From Styela clava (taxonomy: Eukaryota): a DNA stretch of 64,000 nucleotides. Where the stretch lies: the NCBI RefSeq assembly GCF_964204865.1, contig NC_135258.1:10540001-10604000 (forward strand). Direction: 5' to 3'. How positions within the stretch are numbered: the first letter of the stretch is position 1; each line of letters starts with the position of its first letter. A program made the translations under genes and the position numbers. Below the pieces are notes generated by a model. It saw only the letters and a program-made list of their open reading frames with translations. It had not been told where the DNA came from and made no database searches. Below are positions 12,566-24,600 of the stretch, piece by piece.

Positions 12566-13458
12566 CATGTATTCAATCCATGACCGATAGGGCCATATTT
12601 AAAATGTCTCGCTTTATTAATTGAATTATGTTAAAATCAATTAGCGGTTACGTCGAAAAAAAAGGAACATTACTTTTCTAAAATATCACGGCCATGTGTG
12701 GTAGAGTGCCCAATTATTTCTTGTTTTGATTCTCATTTTTTGATTTCAAGATTTCACCATTAGAAAAATATGCGATAAAATCCCCAGGAGTAAAATTTAT
12801 TTTAACATGATAAAAACTTTGATTGAACATACCTTGCATTAATTATCTTATTTTTCATCTTTATCCAGGAAGAAGTCGCATCTGACCAATTCGGTGGTTG
12901 TAGAATGGTTCAAAAGATACTTCCCGCCGATCGGACGTTTTTCAGTGGCGGTATGGTTTCCAACGCCAGCCAATCATTTTGTGTCGCGATTTACAATGTC
13001 TTAAAACTCGTTTTCAATCTGTCGCGCCCGCGGCCTTCAAAAACGAAACTTAAAGTGTTTTCCGTTTTATTTTTAGTATTTTATAATGCTGCTTTTCCAT
13101 TCAGAAAATTTTGGTTGGAGATTCATGGATTCATTCTCCTTTATTTATCGTTAGCATCTGGTCGCTGATGATTGTTATATAATAAATCGTTTTTCTCACG
13201 TTTTCACAGTGTCTGTGCAAGAACAATGATAAGTAGCCTAATCATCATTGTCTTCGTGGCACAGGGGCACAGGGCATACATATTTCGAAAGAAATTAGGG
13301 AGTATAAACACTGTGTAAAGGTGTTTATGAACCTAAATAACACATCGAGCTGACGAAAAAAATCGGAGATTTTAATAAAATGAAATGAGAAAGAATGAAA
13401 ATGAAAGAAGCATGAAAAGTGAGATATAAAATGCTTACATAAAAGTATTATGTAGTAC

Positions 13459-13530
13459 GATACGCGTCTGAGCCGCGGTAATACATATGATGGCAAAGAA
13501 AGTTAGTGAAGTCAATTGCAGTTTTATCCT
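13459..13530 (-). pseudogene. Inverted lectin paralog remnant (signal-peptide part of exon 1; ATG replaced by AGG)
   Basis: Reverse complement reads aagaAGGataaaactgcaattgacttcactaactttctttgccatcatatgtattaccgcggctcag, versus aagaATGataaaactacaatcgacttcact in the intact gene. Homology ends at ~13459. Confidence 0.75.
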
Positions 13531-13963
13531 TCTTGCCCAATTTTTTCACTTTTCTGTCAACAAAACGGCACTTAGTAACAACACAGAATGTTGGATGCGT
13601 TACTTTTACAAAATCAGCTTATTAGAGAACTAATAAGACAGAAAAGGTTCCTTCTCATATTACATGCAGGATCATCGAAAACGTAGATTGAAAACGCTTC
13701 AAATAGCAATAACCGCGACGCGCAAGGTTATTGTATAACAATTGCACGATATATTTGGTTGTTCCAATGTAAATAAACTTTTGAAATGTCGAACATAAAA
13801 GTTAACGTTCCTGAATAATCTCTCCATAGATATCTTGATATAATATACCTATTTTAAGCCAAAAACTGTGTGAGATAAATGATTCAAGATTGGTGATAAA
13901 CAGAAAAGTAATGTTTTAACTTTTAACAAATGCATCCTGATTCGTATATTATATAGTATATAC

Positions 13964-14462
13964 CAGGGTTCCCCAAACTGGTGTCCGCGGAACCCTTGGG
14001 GTACGTGACAACTGCACAGTGGGTCCGTAACGACATGAAAAAAGTCTGATCGATATTTAATGATTGATTTTAATCAAAGAGCAATAGCATATTTTTGGTT
14101 GAGCGTTGCGGATGAATATCCTTGCTTTCAGAAAAGTCAATTAAAATTGTATTGCCTTTTGTAACGACCTACATGCGCGAGGCAGCTTTTTCACCTCTTA
14201 TCAATATGTTGATAAAATACGGGTCGAGACTTGCCGAAGAATCCGATCTATGAGTTTGCTTGTCACAAATTGCTCCGAGAATCGATTAATTGCGCAGTGA
14301 AAAGCAACCTTATTGATCACATTAATGTCGTATGTATTGTAAATGAAACATTATCTTAACTCGTTGGTTAGGCACAGAAATTGATACGGCATAGTTTTGG
14401 GGTGCGTCAAAACTAAGATTTACAAATAAGGGTCCGCGGCCCAAAAAGTTTGGGAAATACTG
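13964..14462 (+). mobile_element. Non-autonomous hAT (Buster/Charlie-like) element with transposase C-terminal relic
   Basis: TIRs cagggttccccaaact / aagtttgggaaatactg, TSD gtatatac/gtatatta. Interior translates to ..FWLSVADEYP..KSIKIVLPFVTTYMREAAFS..KYGSRL.. with stops. Duplicate at ~22048-22530. Confidence 0.8.
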
Positions 14463-16083
14463 GTATATTATATATACTATATAGTATACCAAGCTTTTGT
14501 ATGTTTATTCAATCATAATATATCGTTTGCCCCTCTGACAACTTATCTGAACTGATTATAGCGGCGGATGCTTACAAAACTTTTTTTACAAATCCAATGC
14601 GTTCATAAAATACAAAGACATACCAAAGTAATTAGATAAAAATCAATTTTCAGTTTTGAAAAACTTGTTTAATTTACGGTACACACGAATATTCTTCTTC
14701 TCAGTCAATCTCTACTGTGCTTCCTAACAATGAGCACTTGATCTTTGGATTACAATTTATATTTCGTTAGTAGTGCGTAACCGACAACAAAATTTCACAC
14801 TGCGTATTCTTCAAAAATGGTTTGACTATATTTTTCAGCGCTCGTTTTGGGATTTTGCTGAGGCCGGAGATTCCGACGGTAAGCCAGCCTTGCCGATGAT
14901 TAGAATGCAGTCAATTATGTACGGTGTACATACTTCTACAAAATATCAAAACAAGTTATGGAATATGTTAATCCTAGATGAAAAATATTTTCAACAATTG
15001 AAAGTGGTTATTAATATGTAGTGATGTATATCAATCTACACACTATTAGTAGCTTTGTTGCTCTGAATTTCATGAGGCGCCATATTCTCACCGTCATAAC
15101 GATGGAAATGTACAGTTATAATATTTACATCTGTTGGATAATATTCTGACCGAAAAAATTAATTTTATAACGATTGAGCAAAACATATTTCTGATAAACT
15201 CCTAAACACCACACACGATAAGGATAAATGTACTATATAATTCGCAGAATTATAACGAGGTTATAGTATAATATTATATTATCCAGACATTGTTTACCAA
15301 ATACTTTTGTAATCATTTTGATACTGATGGCGAATAGTTCGAGAAAATATTCTATGGAAATTCTCGAGTGTTTTATCGTATAAATAAAGCCTTGTTGTTG
15401 TTGAAAATATTTTATCCAGACCGAGATTAGCATCTCTCAGAATTTAATTTGTTTGAGATTCTGCGAAAGTATCAGTAACGTAGCCTACATAGTTCACGGG
15501 ATAGTAATCGTCAGCAAGACTGGCTTATTTCCGATAACTTCAACTTCAGCGAAAAATATTGTTGTGAAACCATTTTCGGACAATGCGCGTTATGGAATTT
15601 TGTTGTCAGCTATGTACATTGAGCAACAGGGTATAAATTAAAACGAGAACACATTTTGCTCAGTGTTGGGAAGCACAGTAGAAAATAACTGAGAAGAATG
15701 ATATTTGTGTATTTTGTGAATTTTCTTTATGTTTTTTCAAAATATGAATTGATTTTATATATTTGACGATTGAATAAATACATTTCCAAAAAATCGCAAA
15801 CAATTGTTGGCCTCAAATAGCAATATCATAGCAAGATAGAAGTTCAAGATTTTATAAAATTATAGGAACAACCAGATATATAGGGCTTTTGTTTTCACAA
15901 TAATTTTGCGCAGCTCTGTTATTGCAGCGTTTTGATAAGAATCCTGTGCGTAATATGAGAAGAACCCTTTTCTGTATTAGTGATTTTCTAATATGCTGAT
16001 TTGTAAGAGCAACGCATTCAACTTTCTATGCCGTTACTAGGTATAAGTACGATTTGTTGCCAGGAAGTGAAAATTAAGTAAGA

Positions 16084-19000
16084 ATGATAAAACTACAATC
16101 GACTTCACTGGCTTTCTTTGCCATTATATGTATCACCACGGCGCAGAAATACGATGTGTATCTCACTGCTCAACTGGATGCATATTGCCGAATGCAGGCT
16201 ACTGAACATAACGAGATCGTAGATTACAACGCAAGAATACTTCAAGGTCGGATGGGAAAGGCTGGACTTCGGGGACCTCCCGGACATGTTAATTATACAC
16301 TGCTTGAAGAAATGATAAATAGAAAAGTTGCAGGTTGGTTTTCAAATTAAGAGAAAAGTTATAACTTTAGATTGCAGTAAGTCAAAAAAATCTAATTTCC
16401 AACTCACTGTCGCTGTTAGAAATTGGACGAATTAAAATATAAAGATAAAAAATATAAAGATAAAAAATTTAAAAACTGAAATTTAAACAAAAAAAAAGAC
16501 ATTTAAAAATTAACAAAGGATTACAAATAATTTTTTGTTTTTTGTACAGAGAAAATAGACGAACTGGAAGCCGAACTCGTGAATTCCGTAGATGATATTA
16601 AAAACACCTTGAAAACACTAAAAGAAGACAATGAGACACAACCGGGTAAATACAAATTGACGTCAATAGGTTTTTAAATCGAATTTCCAAAGGTTGATAG
16701 GAAACATGCAGAAGTTCGGTAATTGGCGCATTGTGCTAAGCGTTAGTAACACACTTGCCATCGAACCTCTGATTGCCGTTCGTATGTTTGAATTCCGTGA
16801 GGATAAGAATGCCCGACGACAATTTCACTAGACCAGCCGTCACTTGATTGTTCACGTAACCGCTGATTGGTCACGGATTCCCCCATCAAGTACATACATA
16901 TGAAACAACTGCCTGGTTAACTATACACATACCCTGCATCAGCGTTTCCCAACTTTTTTGGTCGCGGACTATTTTCTCACCAGAGAAAATATTTTCGGAC
17001 TTAACGTGCGTTAATTTTGTAATTGAACTCTGAGTGAAGAAGAAAAATAAAATAAAAAACAACGGAATTTTGCCGAAGTCAGTTTATTATCCACATTTAC
17101 AAATTCCAATGGGAACCATAGCGATGGTGCTCCGCCATTAGGAACTGCTCGCTCTGACAAATTTGAAATATATTACGCGATCACTGTCGACGATTAGCTG
17201 AGTAAAATTATAGGATAGAATTTGAAGCTGAAAAGTTCCAAATAAATTCATTATTATCTTTCGTGTCGGCTTTAATTATCTTTATTGTTCTCGTAAAATT
17301 GAAAAATTAACTATATCTTTACGGCTGACTTCTGGATTCGCTGTCTTTTTTCTGTTTGTATTTTTATATATGTATTTTTGCTTCAAAACATAACCTATGA
17401 AATATTGTTACTGCGTATCTGTTAAGATCTGATAGAATTCACTTGATGGTATTTCATGACACAAATACAACACTCAACTTTATATAAGAATTTTTAACTA
17501 AGCAAAAGGTTCGTGTAGGTGTAGACTCGTGTATTTGTCAGAATTCCGCAAGTGCGTTGTGCAATCCAATCGTTTGATTCAGAGAGGTGAGATTTACGTG
17601 TCATGTCCAAGTCACGTGTTACCAGGTATTCTAATGGTTAAATGTTAGAGTATTTTGCCCAGCCCTACTCAGTAATCGATAACTATTGACTCGATTAATT
17701 AATTTTTATGTGAATAAACTTGCCTTCTATGTTTTATTTGAATACTAACGTAGGTGGTTCCCAAACTTTTTTGACCCTCGCCCCCTTAAAGTATTTTATA
17801 CAACTTCAACGCCCCCCGGCACTACAAAAAATATAAAGTCAGTAACAAATATATTACAGACCCAATAAGAAGACAAATCATAGTTTATAGTGTTTTTTAA
17901 TGAGATGGATGAGCTCGGTGTTCTTCAGCGAGTTTTTTATTATATTTATCTAAAATTACCCCGTTTACTGATAGAAAGGCGATTTCGTTGTTTTGATAGC
18001 AATAGTAGCACGACTGAAAACCCCCTTTTTCACCATATAAGAGGTCGGAAATGAAAGAAACCAGGGTTCTACCTCCTCAAAAACTGCCGTGTACTCTTGC
18101 CTTATAGCATTTCACTCCCTAAATTCACCCCATTTCACATTAAAATAATAAAAACAAAGTTAATTTTCCCAAACTTATAATAATAATTTTTGTACATCTA
18201 ATTCATTCCTACAGCCTGATGACCTGCACCAAAATACTTCGGAAAAGTTCATCCCCGATTCCTCATCCTACCACGGCCTCCAGTCCGATCACCAGTCCAT
18301 AGGATTAATCAGCCATTTGTTTTTGGATTCATGGACTCGGATGTGGAAGAAGCCGTGACCGACTATTGGCTACGGCCCAGGGGTCGGCAAAGATTATGTT
18401 GCTCGCGGGACAAAATTTAGGGTTGCTAGTCTTAAAGATATTTGCGGGTCGAATATATTTTTTGAAAGTTTAAAACGGGACAGCGCGAAAACTGGGACAA
18501 TTCGTGAACACAACCCAGTCGTTTTATAAAAAAATATTACAATGACATTCAATGTGACACTGTCTTGTTGCTGTATCACGCTTGATAGCTTTACGACGCC
18601 ACGATTGGAACATTTTCTAAATGGGCATCACTAATCCCAGTTCTTTGCTTATTCTATGTAATTTTCATTTTCGAAAATAATTGTTCGCACAAATATGTAC
18701 TTCCAAACATCGAAGTGAATATTTTTGCATGGTTTCTGAAATTTTGAAAAAGATTTACTTTAAGAAGATACGTCCTTACAAAAATAAAGCAGTGATGAAT
18801 CTCTCGAATAGAATATGAATTTTATTTCCTTATTGCAAGAATTCTTTTCGATACTTTTAAATAACAGATTGTTGAATGGTATGAATTAGAATGATAGTTT
18901 GAAACAAATATCCCATTTTACAGGCAACAACTCGCGAAACCACTCTTAAACTAAGCACCGAAAATTTAAAAATGGTAAAGTATACAAAGAATTCTCCGCG

Positions 19001-20228
19001 GTCAAAGGTCGGAGGAAGGTCCATTCAGTGAATCGTTTCGCGTGTGATAATCGCCCACATGATTCAAGCCTGCGAGTGCACACAGAGTACAGAATCAAGT
19101 GCACGATGCGCCGAACAAAAGCAGATTGCGCGAAATCGCCCCCCTATCGCCCCCTTCGACTTTTTCGCCCCCCTCTGTGTCATCTTCGCCCACCGGGGGG
19201 CGATATCGCCCACTTTGGGAATCACTGGGCCAAATCGTAACTTGGCTGGTACTGTTAATGTTAGTGACCTGGTAATATACTACTACATAACTTTCTAAAA
19301 CGGTTTGCTCGTTGAGGACTCATTTAAACGCTCCGCGGACTCATTTGAGACCGCGGACTCGGGTTGGGAAACACTGCCCTACAGGGATTGGTAATCGGAC
19401 AAGAGGCCGTGGTTCGCGAATTGATAAAGCCCCCATTAATATTGCAATATTGTCATGGGTGTTTACAACGTATTACAGAATCTTGCGATGGCGTGATATA
19501 CAAGAAGAAATGTTATTTAGTTATAGTTCAAAAGATGACTCTCGATAAAGCCAAGACCCTATGCAGATCTTTTAACGGAAAAATGGCAGATATTTACTCT
19601 CTGCAACATTATGATAAAGTAATGGGATATATGTCACAACACATGGATGCTCACCACTACGAAATTCTTCTCGGAATGAGCTTCAATCCAACGGTTTGTT
19701 ATGATATTGTAGTGTTTTGTTAGAATGTATAGAAGAAGCAGATTGGGGAATGCGAATTCCTAAAAATTTGCAGTTAGTTGTTTTTGATTTTTTTTTCGAA
19801 ATAGTTATCTTATAATGCCGTCTTCGAAAACCGATAAACAACATAGTGAATATTTCAGTTTTTATGCAAGCCACAAATTATGACATCAACAAAATTTCAC
19901 ATATAAAATAGCTTCTCTCTTCCACATAATACCGTGTATAATACTGTACACATTGCTTAACTTAGGAGAGTATGTTTATTCCATTGCTGGGACAAATGTA
20001 GTAATATAGGCTCATAAATAACACAGCACTTCTACACAGACCTCAGAGGTTCGTTTGGATGACGGAAGACCAGCTCCCTACGTTAACTGGTTGAGCGGAT
20101 GGCCATCTTTAATTTCTATCAAAACACAAATGTCAGTTCGTGTTAATAACGATGCATCACTCTCATATAAAGGAATGTGGAATCAAGAAAATTCCTACAA
20201 GTTTCATGGCGTTCTTTGTGAAATATGA
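16084..20228 (+). CDS. Secreted collectin-like protein, copy A (signal peptide, short Gly-X-Y stretch, coiled-coil neck, C-type lectin domain)
   Basis: Exons 16084-16333, 16550-16645, 19479-19693, 20040-20228 splice in frame. Motifs: GRMGKAGLRGPPG; KIDELEAELVNSVDDIKNTLKTL; CDGVIYKKKCYL..AKTLC..GKMADI; NWLSGWP..GMWN..HGVLCEI*. AATAAA at 20613 and 20682. Confidence 0.88.
16940..19376. mobile_element. hAT MITE inserted into a SINE in lectin A intron 2, carrying nested elements
   Basis: TIRs cagcgtttcccaac / gttgggaaacactg, TSD ccctgcat/ccctacag. The shorter version in copy B is 24727-25649 with TSD ccctgcat/ccctacat. Confidence 0.8.
17752..19227 (-). mobile_element. Nested hAT relics specific to lectin copy A
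   Basis: Ends aggtggttcccaaact / tttgggaatcactg. Minus-strand relics FPTSYMVxKGFS..KQRNRL (~17950-18060) and SMFGSTYLCEQLFSKMK (~18660-18720). Another TIR caggggtcggcaa at 18378. Confidence 0.72.
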
Positions 20229-20342
20229 TAGACCTCTCGACATGGCACACGATTTTCTTTGAAGATTTACAAGAACTCCGACAAAGACCGAACATAAAAC
20301 TAAGGACTTAACAAACTTTATTTTCAAGCATTATAACGAAAA

Positions 20343-20452
20343 CGGCGCTCCCGAAGTATGTGCATCAAGATGGCGCACAACCTGAACCCTAATCTGGTAC
20401 AACTACTATGTTCAGATTGGGCGCCATCTTGGTGCAATACTTCTAAAGGTCC
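20343..20452. mobile_element. Short palindromic MITE in lectin 3' UTR (duplicate at ~26646-26755)
   Basis: gaagtatgtgcatcaagatggcgcacaacctgaac ... gttcagattgggcgccatcttggtgcaatacttc forms a long hairpin. Its ends resemble the 32868/36092/46626 family. Confidence 0.7.
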
Positions 20453-21368
20453 ACGAAAACAGGATATATGCCGAATATTTAGATGAGTAGATTTTATCAC
20501 GAATATTTGAATGTAATTTGTACAAATTTCAACCGCGGCATTCTATTAAGAGTTCCAGAGTGATATTGACGCCCAATTATATTTAGTCTAATCAATTTCA
20601 TGCCAAAATGTAAATAAAGGCAATATTCCATTTTGTTTTACCACATGATATTATTAAATAACATGCACAAAATTTATTAATAATAAAACAATACTAACTA
20701 GTCGTAGTTTCAAACAATACCTCGTTTTCGCGATTTTGAATGCGATTTGTTAGAGTTTGGTCGTGATTCCGAAATTTAAGTATGAATCAAATACGTCAAT
20801 CAACATTTTTCTTTCTTATGATTTGATCAAAAATTAGTCTAGAAATAGGTTAAATAGGTAAAGTAGGCTAAAATTCTCTGCAGTTACGCAACGGTTTCTG
20901 CGAAGAATGCACTCGTACACTTGTGGTTGTGGCGCGTGATTTCGGCAAAACTATTGATGTGTTGTTTTGCTAACAGCTAACCTCAGGATTGTTGTCTAGA
21001 AATCTTGTATATTTGTTCTGCTATGATGTTCTTTATCTATATTCTGTTCTAAAGAATTTAATATTCAAGAATTCAGAAACGTAGAATTTATATTTTTGAA
21101 TAAATTGAATGGATTTCCCAACTTTTGGGAATTTATTGTATTGCATTGACAAAAATATGTGTTTCATTTCCTATGTGTAGTTTTTTTATTTCCCCCGAAA
21201 ATATTGTCAGACAAATAAAAACACATTTTTGTAATCAAAATTCGTTAATTTATTAGTTCAATTACTGCCAGAGACAGTAAGTTCAAATTTTGATATTTTT
21301 TTGAAACAATGTTTGTAACAATATATATATACACTGGTATAACTTTGCAATAAGTTTGAAAACCAACC

Positions 21369-21618
21369 TGCAACTTTTCTATTTATCATTTCCTCAAGCA
21401 ATGTATATTTAACATGTACTGGAGGTCCCCGTGGTCCTGTTTTTCCAACTCTGTCTTGAAGTATTTTTGCGTTAATATCTACGACCTCGTTATGTTCAGT
21501 AGACTGCATTCTGCAATATGCATCCTGTTGAGCAGTGAGATACGCATCGTAATTCTGAGCCGCTGTAATACATATGATGGCAAAGAAAGTTAGTGAAGTC
21601 AATTGCAGTTTTATCTTT
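21369..21618 (-). pseudogene. Inverted lectin paralog: complete exon 1 only, ATG replaced by AAG, exons 2-4 absent
   Basis: Translates TSLTFFAIICITAAQNYDAYLTAQQDAYCRMQSTEHNEVVDINAKILQDRVGKTGPRGPPVHVKYTLLEEMINRKVA followed by donor gttggt. Intron homology breaks at ~21210, before the exon 2 acceptor. Confidence 0.82.
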
Positions 21619-24600
21619 GTTGTTTAATTTTCACTTTCCTGTCAACAAAACGGCACTTAGTAACAGCACAGAATGTTGGATGCGTTACTTTACAAAATCA
21701 GCATATTAGAGAACTAATAATACAGAAAGAGTTCCTTCTCATATTACATGCAGGATCATCAAAAACGTAGATTGAAAACGCTTCAAATAGCAATAACCGC
21801 GACGAACAAGGTTATTGTATAACAATAGCAAGAGATATTTGGTTGTTCCAATGTAAATAAACTTTTAAAATGTCGAACATAAAAGTTAACGTTCCTGAAT
21901 AATCTCTCGATATATATCTTGATATAGTATATAAAGCTATTTTAAGCCAAAAACTGTGCGAGATAAATGATTCAAGATTGGTGATAGACAAAAAAGTAAT
22001 GTTTTAACAAATGCAATCCTGATTCGTATATTATATAGTATATACACCAAGGTTTCCCAAACTGGTGTCCGCGGAATCCTTGGAGTACGTGACAACTGCA
22101 CAGGGGGTCCGCAACGATATGAAAAAAGTCTGATTGATATTTAATGATTGATTTTAATCAAAGAGCAATAGCATATTTTTGGTTGAGCGTTGCGGACGAA
22201 TATCCTTGCATTCAGAAAAGTCAATTAAAATTGTATTGCCTTTTGTAACGACCTACATGCGCGAGGCAGCTTTTTCACCTCTTATCATTATGCTGACAAA
22301 ATACGGGTCGAGACTTGCCGAAGAGTCCGATCTATGAGTTTGCTTGTCACAAATTGCTCGGATAAACGATTAATTGTGCAGTGAAAAACAACCTGTCGTA
22401 TGTATTGTAAATGAAACATTATCTTTACTCGTTGGTTAGGCACAGAAATTGATACGGCATAGTTTTGGGGTGCGTCAAAACTAAGATTCACAAATAAGGG
22501 TCCGCGGCCCAAAAATTTTGGGAAATACTGGTATATACCGGTACTATATAGTTTTTCAATTTATATTTCGTTAGTAGTTCGTAACCGACAATAAAATTCC
22601 AGACTGCGTATTCTTCAAAAATGGTTTGACTATAGCCTATTTTTCAACGCTCGTTGTGGGATTGCGCTGAGGCCGGAGATTCCAACAGTAAGCCAGCCTT
22701 GCCGATGATTAGAATGCAGTCAATTGTGTACGGTGTACATACTTCTACAAAATATCAAAACAAGTTCTGGAATATGTTAATCCTAGATAAAAAATATTTT
22801 CAAAAAGTGAAAGTGGTTATTAATATGTAGTGATGGATATCAATCTACACACTATTTGTAGTTTTGTTGCTCTGAATTTCATGAGGCGCCATATTCTCAC
22901 CGTCATACCGATGGGAACGTGCAGTGATTATATTTACATCTGTTGGATAATATTCTGACGGAAAAAAATTAATTTTATAATGATTGAGCAAAAACATATT
23001 TCTGATAAACTCCTGAAAAACCACACACGATAAGGATAAATGTACTATATATTTTGCAGAATTATAACGAGGTTATAGTATATTACTGTATTATGCAGAC
23101 ACTGTTTACCAAATACTTTTGTAATCATTTTGATACTGATGACAAACAGTTCGAGTAACTATTCTTTGGAAATTCTCGAGTGTTTTATCGTATAAATAAA
23201 CCCTTGTTGTTGTTGAAAATATTTTATTCAGACCGAGATTAGCATCTCTCAGAATTTAATTTGTTTGAGATTCTGGGAAAGTATCAGTAACGTAGCCTAC
23301 ATAGTTTACGGAATAGTAATCGTCAGCAAGGCTGGCTTATTTCCGATAACTTCAATTTCAGCGAAACCCACACACACACACAATGCAAAATATTGTTGTG
23401 AAACCATTTTCGGAGAATACGCGTTATGGAATTTTGTTGTCAGCAATGTACATTGAGCAACAGGGTATAAATTAAAACCAGAACACATTTTGCTCAGTAT
23501 TGGGAAGCACAGTAGAAAATAACTGAGAAGAATGATATTTGTGTATTTTGTAAATTCTCTTTATGTTTCTCAAAATAGGAAATTGATTTTTATATATTTG
23601 ACGATTGAATAAATAGATTTCCAAAAAACCGCAAACAATTGTTGGCCCCAAATAGCCATAACATAGCAAGATAGAAGTTCAAGATTTTATAAAATTATAG
23701 GAACAACCAGATATATAGGGCTTTTGTTTTCACAATAATTTTGCGCAGCTCTGTTATTGTAGCGTTTTGATGAGGATCATGCGCGCAATATGAGAAGAAC
23801 CCTTTTCTGTATTATTGATTTTCTATTATGCTGATTTGTAAAAGCAACGCATTCAACTTTCTATGCCGTTACTAAGTATAAGTACGTTTTGTTGCCAGGG
23901 AAGTGAAAATTAGGTAAGAATGATAAAACTACAATCTACTTCACTGGCTTTCTTTGCCATCATATGTATCACCACGGCGCAGAATTACGATGTGTATCTC
24001 ACTGCTCAACTGGATGCATATTGCCGAATGCAGGCTACTGAACATAACGAGATCGTAGATTACAACGCAAAAATACTTCAAGACCGAGTTGGAAAAGCTG
24101 GACCTCGGGGACCTCCCGGACATGTTAATTATACACTGCTTAGAGAAATGATAAATAGAAAAGTTGCAGGTTGGTTTTCCAATTAAGAGAAAAGTTATAA
24201 TTTTAGATTGCAGTAGATCAAAATAATCTAATTTCCAACTCACTGTCGCTGTTAGAAATTAGACAAATTAAAATATGAGATAAAAATTTAGAAAATTTTA
24301 AAATTATCAAACGATTACAAATAATTTTTTGTACAGAGAAAATAGACGAACTGAAAGCCGATCTCGTGAATTCCGTAGAAGATATTAAAAACACATTAAA
24401 AACACTAAAAGAAGACAATGAGACACAACCGGGTAAATACAAATTGACGTCAATAAGTTTTTAGATCGAATTTCTAAAGTTTGATAGGAAAAATGCAGAA
24501 GTTCGGTAATTGGCGCATTGTGCTAAGCGTTAGTGACACACTTGCCATCGAACCGCTGATTGCCGTTCGTATGTTCGAATTCCGTGAGGATAAGAATGTC

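Larger units (their letters stand above)
13459..20704. repeat. Segmental duplication unit 1 of the lectin locus (partner 21540-27007)
   Basis: Continuous homology from ctgagccgc..aatacatatgatggcaaag (13468/21555) to caatactaac(t/c)agtc (20704/27007). The length difference comes mainly from nested insertions at ~17700-19260. Confidence 0.92.

Noticed and set aside
16062-16073. IRF/ETS-IRF element GGAAGTGAAA just before the lectin ATG
   Set aside because: A single short motif only ~12 nt from the start codon; its recurrence is explained by duplication.
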